Shown: positions 26,102-39,600, counted from the first letter of the whole stretch. The stretch: 63,766 nt of DNA, filler included, from Octopus bimaculoides (GCF_001194135.2; 5 parts of 5 records of this genome joined end to end with filler, not necessarily neighbours in it); one strand, 5' to 3'. Numbers and translations: made by a program. The notes: generated by a model from the sequence alone, not told the origin.

Positions 26102-28929
26102 CCTGTGTGTGTGTCTGTAAGGGTTTATATATTTCTGTGTTGTATGGTTGCACGTTTACATACCTCTGTCAGTCTACTGTGGGTCTGTGTCCCCCTGTTC
26201 ACATTCTGTCCGAATCTATTCATGTCTAAATCCACGAACGTGTTATACATTTCTTGAGAGTTATCGTCCCTTAGGTCAGCCTATCCTTTATTTTAATTTA
26301 TTCTTGCTTAAATGATATACCACGCTGTAGATTATCATAATTTATTTTCGACGACCGTTGTATTTCGCTTGAAGCATTGCATACAGAAATAGAATAATAA
26401 TAAAGGAAATGAGAAGTCAGAAAAGCAAGAAGTTTTAGAAATCTTTGTTTCAGGCGGGAAGTTCGAAGAAGAATACAGTCAAAGAATTGTGTGTTTACAT
26501 AACCCCTGCCATTTTGGATAGCTCGGTGTTTGTTCGAGTAGGAGAAACTTCCCACATGCTTCTGACTAAAACGGGGTAACTGCCCATCCTGCCATCTAGA
26601 ATAACAGGATCAATGTAAATACACATTTCTTAGATTGTACTCTTCTGAAGGTCGGCCATTGCTTCCGAAATGAAAATAATAAAAAAAAGAAGACTTTCTG
26701 CATTGTTAGAAACATTCTTCGTTTCTCATTTCATTCACTAATAATTTATTTTATTCCGAAAAATTTTCATGTATCAATCAGAGATTCTTCCGTTATTGCA
26801 AAAATGGCTAGTTTATCGAATGTTTCCTCTTTAAGGGTAAAATGTGTGTGCTCTTCCGAACAGTTTCCATAACAATGCAACTTATTTAGTTTCGTAGTGA
26901 GCAAAGAAGTTTTGTATGAATCAATATTCAATCTGCATTGAAGTGAGAAACGCATGTAACTCTATACTTAACATTGATCAAAACAGGTCGGGGAGACAAC
27001 TCTGAAATCTCATCTAACTATGTACGCGATGATTGGCTAGGGACATTAACACAAAGTTTCTTTTCTGTGTGTGCGTGTATGTATGTATGTATGTACGTAT
27101 AGATAGATTGAGAGATAAATAGAGAGATAGATAGAAATATAAATAGGTAAACAGATTGACAGATGAGCGAGCGGGAGACAAAAATCTGTAATCGGGGTCA
27201 ATAAAAGGGACAAAAGCTAAGAGCCAATTCTAAACAAACCTCGTTAAAAGCCATCCATGTTGCACCTGACACATACAATGTCACTGAATAGAATTTGTAG
27301 AAAGTTGCTTTATAAACTATAATTATCCACAAATATAAACACACTAGATGCTGGGGCTAACTTAGCGAGAATTTAATTTGATGATGTAAGGGGGATGAGA
27401 GAGACACTTCGGAATATATTCTGAGGCCGTCGTATCACTGTTTTCGTATTGTTTGGCTTATATCATAATTTCGACTTGAACTCTTATTGTTGTTGTTGTT
27501 GTTGATAATGTTAGTGTTGTTGTTGTTGTTGTTGATGGTGGTGATGTGTTTGTTATTGTTGTTGTTCTAGTAGTCTTGATCCGTTTATTGTCATTTTCGC
27601 CATCGGTTACTGAGTGTTTATGATGGCGTCTTTTGTGAAAAGTTGATATCATTTTGTCTTGTAAACTTTAAAATTGTAATTGTTGTTGCTGCTGCTGCTG
27701 CTGTTGTTGTTGTTGCTTTCATACCGTTGGACTTGGTACAATTATTGTTGACCTTATTATTCTTCATCAAACAACAACAATCACTACTACTACTACTACT
27801 ACTTCTACTACTACTACCACCGCCACCACAGCCACNNNNNNNNNNATACGTACACTGATGTCTCTTTCCCTTTAGACCGGGTGATGCAAAACACTTCATC
27901 GCACGTTGTTCTGCGATCACTCCGACTCCTGACGCGTGGCACACAATGCACCTGTTCAGACAATGTCAAAATTGGCTGTGTATTGAAACTGATTCTATGG
28001 TTAGTCAAAACTAGTCTTGTATTCAAAGTGACCGTTGATGAAACCAGCCGTGTACTTAGTCAAAATTAGCAACGAAATTAGCAAAAACGACCGTATTGTT
28101 GGTGGAACTGACCGTGTATTTAGTAAAATTTGGCCGTGTGCCTAGCTAAATCTATAACATTGTCAATATACCCATGTCATTGTTATTGTAACTGTTGTTA
28201 ATTATAATTATTGTTGTTTGTGTCTATTATTGTAATTACTAGTCTTTGTTCCATCTAATGCCTTTTTTTGTTTTTTAATTAATGTTAATTATTTGTTACT
28301 TTTTATTACTATTATTAATTATTTTAATTAATCTTAATAATCAGTATTACCTGCAATTACTATTCAATTATTTTTAATGATAATTAATTAATATGTACTA
28401 TTAATTGTTATGAGCAATTATCATTTCTTATTTTATATTTGCTATTTATCGATTCTTTTTAAAAATAGATTTCTGTCACTGCAATAATGGCGGACATCTG
28501 AGTTGCTATTAGTAAGGCAGTGCACAAAATGCGATCCGGTTTCGATTCCTGTTTAAAATCATTTTACATCACCTCACTACAAATGTCTAGAAAAGCATTT
28601 CGATTGATCCATTATCAATTATTGATCCACTAGAGTTTTGCCTGTCAAATGACGAGTAACTTTAGGGATATATTTCTGCTCCCATGGGTTATTCCAAGAA
28701 GTATTGCATACGTACAAAATTATACGGTAAAATTCTTGGTGCCTAATCCAAATAATGAAATGAATACCAATTTTCAAAAGTAAAACGGTTAATTACTTAA
28801 TAATAGGATAAAACAAAATTTCTCATTTGCGATAAATATGCATAAATATGCATAAATATGCATTATTTCGTTTTAGTATTTGCTCTGGATTTCAAGAGTG
28901 GGGGTGGGGGTTGTCATTGATGAGATCGC

Positions 28930-29425
28930 GAATAGCGACGAAAGATCCCGAAAGATTCCCTAAACCCGAGCTCTTCAAAAAGAAGGTTATGGTGACTGTT
29001 TGGTGGTGTACTACTAGACTCATCCACTATAACTTCTTAAATCCCGGAAAATCATTACTGCAGTAACATATTGGCATGAATTGCCAAAATGAATGAAAAT
29101 CTGCTATTCCTCCTTCCCAGACTGGTCAATAGAACAGGGCCAATCATTCTTCATGATAATGCTCGACCACACGTTTCACTAACGACGCTCCAAAAGTTGA
29201 GGGGAACTTAGCTACAGAGTTCTTCCCCACCCAGCTTATTCCCCAGACTCTTCTACTACCGACTACCACTTTTCCGAGCACTTTGATGGTTTTCTGCAAG
29301 AGAAGGGTTTCCAAAATAAATCCAATGCCGAAAGTGCATTGAAAGAGTTCATCAGCTTCAGAACTCCAGAATTTTATCTTACCGGAATAAACAAACTTGT
29401 AACTCGTTGGCAAAAAAATGTGTTG
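28930..29425 (+). mobile_element. mariner transposase relic (C-terminal catalytic half)
   Basis: FPKPELFKKKVMVTVWW...IHYNFLNPG; ILHDNARPHVS; LPHPAYSPD..TDYHF; EFISFRTPEFYLTGINKLVTRWQK. Several frameshifts. Confidence 0.92.
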
Positions 29426-29479
29426 GCAAAAAAAAAAAACAGCAGCAGTAGTAGCAGCGGTAGCAGCAGTAGTAGTAGT

Positions 29480-29526
<47 letters not shown>

Positions 29527-30505
29527 TACTAATGAAACGGCAACTAGAGCAAGAAAGAGGAAAGACAAACAATAGGGGACAGTTACGTATTTTTACATTT
29601 ATTTCCCCCCACCCCAACCCCGGATCCCTTTCCGCATGAGTTACGGGAAATATTGCGACGAAGTGAAGTGTGACACTGAAACAATTAATAAAGAGGAAGT
29701 AGGAGAAGAAAACCTTGAATAAGTGAAAGGAACTTAAAAAAAAAAGAAACTAACAAGCAATTCATTGCAGAACGAGCGGCGGTCCATGAAATAAGGTTGG
29801 TCGCTCGTTTCTACGATATAGATTCCTTCGTATGTTCATCGGGCCTCTGACAATTATGTTTACAGCACGCGTCTGTGAAGGCACCCATGTTATGTGGTTC
29901 TCTGGTGTATTTTTTTTCTTCCCCGAGTAAAAAGGTAGATGGCGCTGAAATAAAAAATAGATAAATAAATAATTAATAGATAAATACTCCACCAATACAG
30001 AATTATCTGTGCTTTTTATATTCAACAGGTGCTTTGAACGTGTGCGTGTGTGTGCATGTATGTATGTATATATATATATATATCTATATATATATATATA
30101 TATATACAGAGAGAGAGAGAGAAAGAGAGAGATAGAGAGAAAGAGCGAGATGGAGAAAAGGAGATAGATAGATATAGATATAGATATATATATATACATA
30201 TATGCATACATTTATATATATTTATTATTTACATATTTGTATATGTGTATATATGTATACACATGAATACATACACACACACACACACCCATATATGTCC
30301 AACGTTAATTGACTTAGTTATCGCTGGACAATGAATGACAAAGCTGAAAAAACAAAAGGAAAACACGAGAGACATAGAGATAATCATAGATTATATTTAA
30401 ATACTTTCGTCTTCTGAACAGGTTTTGCAATCATTTCGTTAAACGATGCCAAAGTTAAGTAAACAGTGATCGTGACTTCACTATGCATTTTGTCCCGAAG
30501 ATGCT

Positions 30506-30640
30506 GGCGTGGCCGTGTGGTAAGAACATTCCTTCCCAACTACATGATTGCCGATTCAAGTGTCTTCTACTATAGCCTCGGACCGACCCCAAAGTCTTGC
30601 GAGTGATTTGGTAGACAGAAACTGAAAGAAGCCCATCGTA
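30506..30640 (+). mobile_element. SINE family 1, 5' part
   Basis: GGCGTGGCCGTGTGGTAAG...CAAGTGTCTTCTACTATAGCCTCGG...AAACTGAAAGAAGCCC. Confidence 0.85.
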
Positions 30641-30698
30641 TATATATATATATATATATATGCGTGTGTATGTGTGTGTGTGTGTGTATGCATGTGCG

Positions 30699-30734
<36 letters not shown>

Positions 30735-31505
30735 NNNNNNNNNNNNNNNNNNNNNNNNNNNNNNNNNNNNNNNNNNNNNNNNNNNNNNNNNNNNNNNNNN
30801 NNNNNNNNNNNNNNNNNNNNNNNNNNNNNNNNNNNNNNNNNNNNNNNNNNNNNNNNNNNNNNNNNNNNNNNNNNNNNNNNNNNNNNNNNNNNNNNNNNNN
30901 NNNNNNNNNNNNNNNNNNNNNNNNNNNNNNNNNNNNNNNNNNNNNNNNNNNNNNNNNNNNNNNNNNNNNNNNNNNNNNNNNNNNNNNNNNNNNNNNNNNN
31001 NNNNNNNNNNNNNNNNNNNNNNNNNNNNNNNNNNNNNNNNNNNNNNNNNNNNNNNNNNNNNNNNNNNNNNNNNNNNNNNNNNNNNNNNNNNNNNNNNNNN
31101 NNNNNNNNNNNNNNNNNNNNNNNNNNNNNNNNNNNNNNNNNNNNNNNNNNNNNNNNNNNNNNNNNNNNNNNNNNNNNNNNNNNNNNNNNNNNNNNNNNNN
31201 NNNNNNNNNNNNNNNNNNNNNNNNNNNNNNNNNNNNNNNNNNNNNNNNNNNNNNNNNNNNNNNNNNNNNNNNNNNNNNNNNNNNNNNNNNNNNNNNNNNN
31301 NNNNNNNNNNNNNNNNNNNNNNNNNNNNNNNNNNNNNNNNNNNNNNNNNNNNNNNNNNNNNNNNNNNNNNNNNNNNNNNNNNNNNNNNNNNNNNNNNNNN
31401 NNNNNNNNNNNNNNNNNNNNNNNNNNNNNNNNNNNNNNNNNNNNNNNNNNNNNNNNNNNNNNNNNNNNNNNNNNNNNNNNNNNNNNNNNNNNNNNNNNNN
31501 NNNNN

Positions 31506-31545
<40 letters not shown>

Positions 31546-34500
31546 GATGATGGTGATAGTAATGATGGTGACGACGTTACTGCTGCTGCTGATCATTTAC
31601 GAAGTTCGCTTGAGTGTCGCATTGTTGTGGGTCAGTGCCAGAATACCTAACACAAACAGGCTTCCAACCTAAGGCTATTTCTGTGGCTAATGTATTCCAA
31701 CGCACCATTTTCTTATTACTACGGTAGTGTGTGTGTGTGATTTGAGGTTGATTTGGCTCCTACCACTAGCAGATTCAGCAGCCACCGAGAGGTCCCCTAA
31801 TTAGGTCGGTGTTGCGGTGTGATGAGTGTTTCGGAACATGGTGTTAAGAGATGTAGTTTAGAATGTTGTTGTTCTTGTTGTTGTTCTATAGCCCTACTGC
31901 ATTTCTGTCTCTTGACCACATGAGTTATTATTTCCATCCTTTAAGTTAAAAGAGCTCCAGCCACGACCATCACATAGATTTAGACTACACTAGCCAATAT
32001 ATCCTTCTTCATGCGTGTGATTTAAGGGAGATTTCGCTGCTGTAATTTCTAGTATTCTCCTTGGTAGTCTTTGTGGTTGTGGTGTCGGGCGTGGTGGTTG
32101 CGGTGGTGGCCTGGTGTGGTGGCGTGTGGTGCAGCCATGGCTTTCGGATGGTGATGATAAGGATGATGATGACGATGATGATGTTGATGATGGTGGTGAA
32201 TCTGGTGGTGGTGTTGGTGGTGATGGTGGTGGCAGTNNNNNNNNNNNNNNNNNNNNNNNNNNNNNNNNNNNNNNNNNNNNNNNNNNNNNNNNNNNNNNNN
32301 NNNNNNNNNNNNNNNNNNNNNNNNNNNNNNNNNNNNNNNNNNNNNNNNNNNNNNNNNNNNNNNNNNNNNNNNNNNNNNNNNNNNNNNNNNNNNNNNNNNN
32401 NNNNNNNNNNNNNNNNNNNNNNNNNNNNNNNNNNNNNNNNNNNNNNNNNNNNNNNNNNNNNNNNNNNNNNNNNNNNNNNNNNNNNNNNNNNNNNNNNNNN
32501 NNNNNNNNNNNNNNNNNNNNNNNNNNNNNNNNNNNNNNNNNNNNNNNNNNNNNNNNNNNNNNNNNNNNNNNNNNNNNNNNNNNNNNNNNNNNNNNNNNNN
32601 NNNNNNNNNNNNNNNNNNNNNNNNNNNNNNNNNNNNNNNNNNNNNNNNNNNNNNNNNNNNNNNNNNNNNNNNNNNNNNNNNNNNNNNNNNNNNNNNNNNN
32701 NNNNNNNNNNNNNNNNNNNNNNNNNNNNNNNNNNNNNNNNNNNNNNNNNNNNNNNNNNNNNNNNNNNNNNNNNNNNNNNNNNNNNNNNNNNNNNNNNNNN
32801 NNNNNNNNNNNNNNNNNNNNNNNNNNNNNNNNNNNNNNNNNNNNNNNNNNNNNNNNNNNNNNNNNNNNNNNNNNNNNNNNNNNNNNNNNNNNNNNNNNNN
32901 NNNNNNNNNNNNNNNNNNNNNNNNNNNNNNNNNNNNNNNNNNNNNNNNNNNNNNNNNNNNNNNNGCTTGGTGCTGCTCATGGAAATGTGAGCCAATTAAT
33001 AATATATTCCAGCCATCATCATGGATGAAGCCTATAATTTTCTGCCAGTCTCCAACTACCTACACGATGTGTGTGCATGTGTGTCCATGTATGTGTACAG
33101 GCACATGTGTGCGCCTGTGTCCGTGTGTGTCTATGCGTATGCGTGCTTGTGTGTTCATATCAATGTGTAGCTCTGTGTGTGTAAGTGTTTATGCGTGGCT
33201 CTGTATATGCATGTATGCGGTGTGTGTGTGTGTGGGGGGGGCTGTATATGTGCGTCTAGAGTTGGTGTGTATGTATATGTGTGTGCATTGTACGTATGCA
33301 AGAGTATGAGTGCGAGTTTATGAGAGTGTGCGTGTGTGTGTGTATGTGCGTGCGTGAGCGTATGTGTGTGTGTGTGTGTGTGTATACGTATCCATGTCTT
33401 TATTAGGCTGCGCCCATGTGTGTATAAGCCTATGAACACTCTGTCTACATATGTGTGTGTGACTGTGTGCATGCTCGTCTATGTGTGTGCGTGTATGTGC
33501 GTGTGTGTGTGTGTGTGTATGTGTGTATGTTTGCGTATGTGTGTATGCGGTGTGTGTCTAGCGCATCTACGCCAATGTATTTACGTGTGCATCGAATGTA
33601 TGTACGTATGTATATATGCATGAGTGTGTATGTATGTATGCACGTGTGTGTGTATGCATAAGTGTGTGCGCGTGTGTGTGCCTGATTGAGCATGTGTGTG
33701 TATGAATGTGTAAATATCTACGTCTTTATTAGGCTGCCTCCGTCTGTCGAACTTTTGTGGACCTATATGTATGTGTATGTATGTGTGTATGTGTGCGTGT
33801 GTGTGCGTGTGATTAGACGTATCTATGTATGAGTCCTTGTGCATTTATTACAATGTTTCAGTGTGCGTGTGTGTATATGTGTGCGTGTGTGCATGTGTGC
33901 GTGTGTGCATGTGNNNNNNNNNNGTCTAGCGCATCTACGCCAATGTATTTACGTGTGCATCGAATGTATGTACGTATGTATATATGCATGAGTGTGTATG
34001 TATGTATGCACGTGTGTGTGTATGCATAAGTGTGTGCGCGTGTGTGTGCCTGATTGAGCATGTGTGTGTATGAATGTGTAAATATCTACGTCTTTATTAG
34101 GCTGCCTCCGTCTGTCGAACTTTTGTGGACCTATATGTATGTGTATGTATGTGTGTATGTGTGCGTGTGTGTGCGTGTGATTAGACGTATCTATGTATGA
34201 GTCCTTGTGCATTTATTACAATGTTTCAGTGTGCGTGTGTGTATATGTGTGCGTGTGTGCATGTGTGCGTGTGTGCATGTGTGTGCATGCGTGTGTGTGC
34301 ACACATTCGTATGGTATACTGTAAAGTTCCCTCTAGTTATTTCACTGCTTAAATTTGCGTGTGAGCTTTTGTGTGTGTGCGTGTATGTGCACGGGTATAT
34401 GTGTATGTGTGTGTAAGTGTAATATATATGCAATTTATACATATGTTGTGTACGTGTGTGTATTTGAGTACATGTGTGTAGAATCTCTGCGTAAATATAC

Positions 34501-35534
34501 ACATAAATGTGTGTTTGAGTGGGCGAGAAAGAGAGAAAGACGTCTGGTTGCATTTAGAGACTGTGATCGTAGCGTATTTGAACGTATGTGTGTGTGTGGG
34601 CTTGTGTGTATATATGTATTTTTGTATGCACTTTTGCGCATGCGTGTTATGTGTGCGTGTGTGTGATTGCGTGAATTTGTTCTGAAGACAGCTGTGTGCG
34701 GATGTGCTTGTGTGAGAGTGTATATGTATTCATGTGTCTTTAAACATAGCCGTGAATGGAAGTACGCACCTAACAATTACCTAGTATAATGTAATATTTA
34801 TTCAAAACTCAAAGCATTATGAACCATTACTCTGAGTTTTCCGCGAAAAATCTTTGTAAACAAAAACCTGTTTTCAATAATCGCCTGTAAATCGGCAACC
34901 TGAGACTCGCTAAAACGGATTGTAATATGGCAACTCATAACATATATATAATGTATGTATATATGTATGTATGTATTGATGTATGTATGTATGTATGTAT
35001 GTATGAAAGCATGTATGTATGTGTGTATGTGTATGCGTGTGTTTATGTATGTATGTATATGTGTATGTATGTTTGCATGTGTACACATATGTATGTGTAT
35101 GTACATGTATGTGTGTATATGTGTATATATGTGTGTATTCCTATATATATATANNNNNNNNNNNNNNNNNNNNNNNNNNNNNNNNNNNNNNNNNNNNNNN
35201 NNNNNNNNNNNNNNNNNNNNNNNNNNNNNNNNNNNNNNNNNNNNNNNNNNNNNNNNNNNNNNNNNNNNNNNNNNNNNNNNNNNNNNNNNNNNNNNNNNNN
35301 NNNNNNNNNNNNNNNNNNNNNNNNNNNNNNNNNNNNNNNNNNNNNNNNNNNNNNNNNNNNNNNNNNNNNNNNNNNNNNNNNNNNNNNNNNNNNNNNNNNN
35401 NNNNNNNNNNNNNNNNNNNNNNNNNNNNNNNNNNNNNNNNNNNNNNNNNNNNNNNNNNNNNNNNNNNNNNNNNNNNNNNNNNNNNNNNNNNNNNNNNNNN
35501 NNNNNNNNNNNNNNNNNNNNNNNNNNNNNNNNNN

Positions 35535-35569
<35 letters not shown>

Positions 35570-36347
35570 GTATATATTATATATGTATGTATGTAATTTG
35601 CTTAAGGAATGGCTCATTGTGGACAGTAGTTTGAAATTGGACGATAAAGATGAACAAAGTTATGCTAGATAACAAATATCGCAAGTTCTTGTTTTACCAA
35701 AATTATGTCTGTTTCGAAATAAGGTAAACAAACGCCTAATGGCAATAACTATCGACTCTGAATGAGAAGGGAAGAAATTCTCTCGCATAACAGAAAAATT
35801 TAGATAATATACAAGCCATATACATATACATACATACATTCCTACGAATCGGTGTTTGTGTGCGCGCGTGTGTGTATGTAATAGCGGATGGCTACGGAGA
35901 TATTACTGTGTATTTAGTCCTAAGCTCACGTAAATGTGCGCATCTGTATGAATAATGTAAATGTCAGAGCAGGTGGGTGTATATAGACAATGATTCTATG
36001 CGTGACTATATATACTTGTGCTCATATTTTGCGTTCTTTCGATGTATGTAGCTTCCTCTCCCTGGCAATGTTTTCTCTGCATTTTTATGCATGTCTCTTC
36101 GCAATTTGCATGCATTAATTTATGTATGAATGTATGTATGTATGTATGTATGTATGTATGTATAGATCATTCCGTCCATCTAGCTATCTATCTATCTGTC
36201 TGTCTGCCTGCATGCCTGTCTGTCTGTATACTTAACATATGGCATGTATGTATGTATGTATTATATATGTATGCATGTATGTATGTATGTATGTATGTAT
36301 GCATGTATGTATGTATGTCTGTATGTGTGTATGTATGTATATATCTG

Positions 36348-36447
36348 NNNNNNNNNNNNNNNNNNNNNNNNNNNNNNNNNNNNNNNNNNNNTTAATTAAT
36401 TAANNNNNNNNNNNNNNNNNNNNNNNNNNNNNNNNNNNNNNNNNNNN
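36348..36447. other. Artificial scaffold linker 44N-TTAATTAATTAA-44N
   Basis: Same layout as 7013-7112. Confidence 0.95.
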
Positions 36448-36468
36448 TCCATCTACCAAATCTACAAT

Positions 36469-37268
36469 CCATGATTAATCGAAAACAATGTGAATAAAAA
36501 AGCATTACATTTGATAGAATAATCTGAATGCTAAGGGGTTAAAAATCCAACAAAGAATCAGAAATTTAGAGAAGTACTCATGGATGTATTTGATGATAGA
36601 GAGGGAGGAGTTAGAGAGTAATAGCAGAGAAGACAACTGGAAGTTCCTATGAGATGACTTGCTGAGAGCTATGGAGCTAGTCTGTGGCTGGTACAAGGTT
36701 CCAGCCTGATTGAAGGAGATGCAATGATGGAACAGTGAGACAGACAGAGCCATAAATGCAAGAGAGACAGTCTTGGAAAGGTTGAAAGAAAGGAGGTGGA
36801 AGAGAACTCTCAAAGCTATGAGACAATGCCAGATTAGTTCCAAACAATGGGAATAAATAAGAATTACATTTGAGAAAGGAATTTGAATGCTAAAGAGTTA
36901 AAAATCTAGCAAACAATCAGAAATTTAGAGAAGTTTTAATTGATGTATTTGATGATAGAGAGGAGGAATAAGACTTATTGCATAGAGTACATAATTGGAA
37001 TTTCCTGTGGGAGAACATGCTGAGGGATAAAGAGCCAGTCTATGACTGATTCAAGGTTCCATCCAGATTGAATGAAATGCAATGATGGAACAGTGATGCA
37101 GAGAGAGAGAGTGCACGCCATAAATGCAAAAGAGAGACTTTGGAAAGACTAAAAGACAGGAGAGAGCTAAGAACTCTCAAAGCTATGAGATAATGCCAGA
37201 TTAATTCAAAACAATGTGAATAAATAAAAATTACATTTGACAGAGTAATCTGAATGCTAAATGGTTAA
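36469..37268 (+). repeat. Diverged ~360-bp tandem: three TTAA-ending element ends separated by two RTE ORF2 fragments
   Basis: AAACAATGTGAATAAA...AATGCTAA.GG.TTAA recurs at ~36484, 36842 and 37208. The intervening DNA translates to NPTKNQKFREVLMDVFDDRE..DNWKFL*DDLLRAMELVCGWYKVP, an RTE EN-RT linker-like peptide. Confidence 0.75.
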
Positions 37269-37347
37269 TGTCTCAGAATGTGAAGAACTGGAAAATACAC
37301 CATAAAGCATTTCTGCTGATGCTGTCACTGTCCCACCTGTAAAGCAA

Positions 37348-37743
37348 TACTCTTTTACTTGTTTCAGTCTTTTGACTGTGGCCATGCTGGAGCACCGCCT
37401 TTAGTCGAGCAAATTGACCCTAGGACTTATTCTTTGGAAACCTAGTACTTATTCTATTGGGCTCTTTTGCCGAACCGCTAAGTTACAGGGATGTAAACAC
37501 ACCAGCATCGATCGTCAAGCGATGTTGGGGGGACAAACACAGACACAGACACACAAACACATACATACATACATATATCTGACAGGCTTCTTTCAGTTTC
37601 CATCTACCAAATCCACTTACAAGGCTTTGGTCAGCCCGAAGCTATAGTAGAAGACACTTGCCCAAGATGCCATGCAGTGGGACTGAACCCGGAACCATGT
37701 GGTTGGTAAGCAGGCTACTTACCACACAGCCACTCCTACGCCT
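37348..37743 (-). mobile_element. SINE family 1, full length
   Basis: Complete head to A-rich 3' end. Best reference copy in the window. Confidence 0.92.
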
Positions 37744-37908
37744 TTGTGAAAAGAAATGTTTTGCTCAAGAACTCACTCATGGATTGAGTGATGCACTCGT
37801 GATCTAGCGATCAGGAGGGCAACATCCAAACCACAAGGCCATGTGTGTGTGTGTGTGTGCATCTTTATCATCGTCATCATTGTTTCAACACCCACATTTT
37901 CATGCTTC

Positions 37909-38001
37909 CTACATATCCAATGTACCACATAGGAGGGCTGCACCTATTACAGTTGGCACAGCCAAGGCAGCAATAAGCACACCCACTGCTGTGCTGATTA
38001 T
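37909..38001 (-). CDS. Candidate exon encoding a hydrophobic (TM-like) segment IISTAVGVLIAALAVPTVIGAALLC(GTLDM*)
   Basis: Acceptor TTTATTTGTGTGTTCAAAG|. Possible donor TG|GTACAT at 37926, or stop at 37909. Coding-like composition. Product unknown. Confidence 0.3.
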   Translation of the reverse strand: MISTAVGVLIAALAVPTVIGAALLCGTLDM

Positions 38002-38412
38002 CTTTGAACACACAAATAAATTCAATGGAATTAAATTCTTGACACTGAGAGATGCGAATGATGATAATAACGATGATGATAATGATGATGATGAGCCTTA
38101 CATATCTTGTCCCAGATTTATTTTCTTCACTCTGGGATTATAGCTCTATGATGGCGCTTCTATCTACACATGCTGGTTTTTTTTCATGATAAACAAAATA
38201 TTTCAATAAACAAATACTGGCAAGAAAATACGAGAAGAAAGAAGATATCTTCTCCATTTTCTGTGTTATCACATCAAATATTAATTTATCCAGCCTAAAC
38301 ATTATTCGAAACTTTTTTTTTTTGAATGGCTGCCAAATTCTTTACAACCTGTATGTGCAATATGCAATGGAATATTGCATACATAGTTGTTACTAAATAC
38401 ACTCAATGAACT

Positions 38413-38620
38413 GAGGTATATATCTGAGTGGTTAAGAAGTTTACTTTGTGACAAATGCAGCTCCTGGTTCAATTCTAATGGTGGGTACTGGTACTTTCTG
38501 ATAAGTGACTTCCACTATAAGTGTCTCTTTATTAATGTTACCATGTGCTGGTGCCATGCAAAAAAGCATCCGGTAGATTCGGTAAAGTGGTTGGCATCAG
38601 GAAGGGCATTAAGCCATAAA
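38413..38620 (+). mobile_element. Old SINE with a family-1-like head and an RTE-like 3' segment
   Basis: GAGTGGTTAAG...GGTTCAATTC head, then GTGCTGGTGCCATGCAAAAAAGCA...GTGGTTGGCATCAGGAAGGGCAT, similar to the RTE 3' ends at 49153 and 54339. Confidence 0.6.
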
Positions 38621-39302
38621 ACATTTCTGCTGATTCTGCTACTCTCCCACCTGCAAAGCAATATGAAATTAAGTGTTTTGCTCAAGAATACAACGTGCTG
38701 CCCAGCTGGGGAATTGAAACCATGAGCTAGCAATGAGTGCAAATCCCAAACCACTAAACCGTGTGTGCATGTGTGTGTGTGTGTGCGTCTTTATCATCAT
38801 CATTGTTTTAACATCTGAGTTTCCATTCTTGGTCTCAAAAGGTATCGTCAATCCATAGAAGCCAAATCAAAATAGAGTAAGGAACCTGGTGTGGCCCCAT
38901 GTTTTCACAGTTCCTGTCAAGCCATCTAACCCATGCTAGATTTGGTCAGCCTATGACAAAAACCACAATATACAGATGCTTATGACATACCATGTCATAT
39001 TAACAATTACCGTTACAAATATAAAGTACATTTAGCATCTGTATATTGTGGTTTTTGTCATTTTAGTTATAAAATAAACAAATTAATTTAATGGAATACA
39101 CTGTCTGCAAGACGATGGATACTGCATATTCTCCTCCATTTTCTTATTGTTATATAAATTTGGGGTAAAACCTCCACTTCTACCCGCACCCACTTATTAC
39201 ACTTGGTATAACACTAGTGTAACAATAATTGGCTACCCTCCCAGCAGTATATTGGATAGATACTATCCCTTAGTGGGTTGAATCTTCAACCCCTAACTCT
39301 CT

Positions 39303-39340
<38 letters not shown>

Positions 39341-39356
39341 CATATATATATATATG

Positions 39357-39388
<32 letters not shown>

Positions 39389-39524
39389 AATACCATTATC
39401 ATTATTTACAGAATTGTAAAACTCGACACCGCTTAACAAAACCATTCACACCAAAAGCACAAAGTTTGTTTCCAAAAACAACTAAGAACTAACATAGTTC
39501 TTAAATTTCACAGAAAGGAGCAGG

Positions 39525-39600
39525 CTGATTCGCTGGTGTAACCGGTAACACACTTAGTCGTGTTAACAAAGGGATGTGGGTTCAAGTCCCATGCATATGG
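39525..39600 (+). pseudogene. Degenerate tRNA-like sequence (SINE head or tRNA pseudogene)
   Basis: D-stem GTGT/ACAC and T-arm GTGGG-TTCAAGT-CCCAT. Acceptor and anticodon stems pair poorly. Confidence 0.5.

Noticed and set aside
26454-26575. Plus-strand candidate exon AGSSKKNTVKELCVYITP...
   Set aside because: Moderate splice signals only, no recognisable product and no partner exon.
33556-34290. Exact 368-bp tandem duplication
   Set aside because: The copies meet at a 10-N gap, typical of an unmerged contig overlap. A weakly similar older unit near 33395 leaves a real tandem possible but unsupported.
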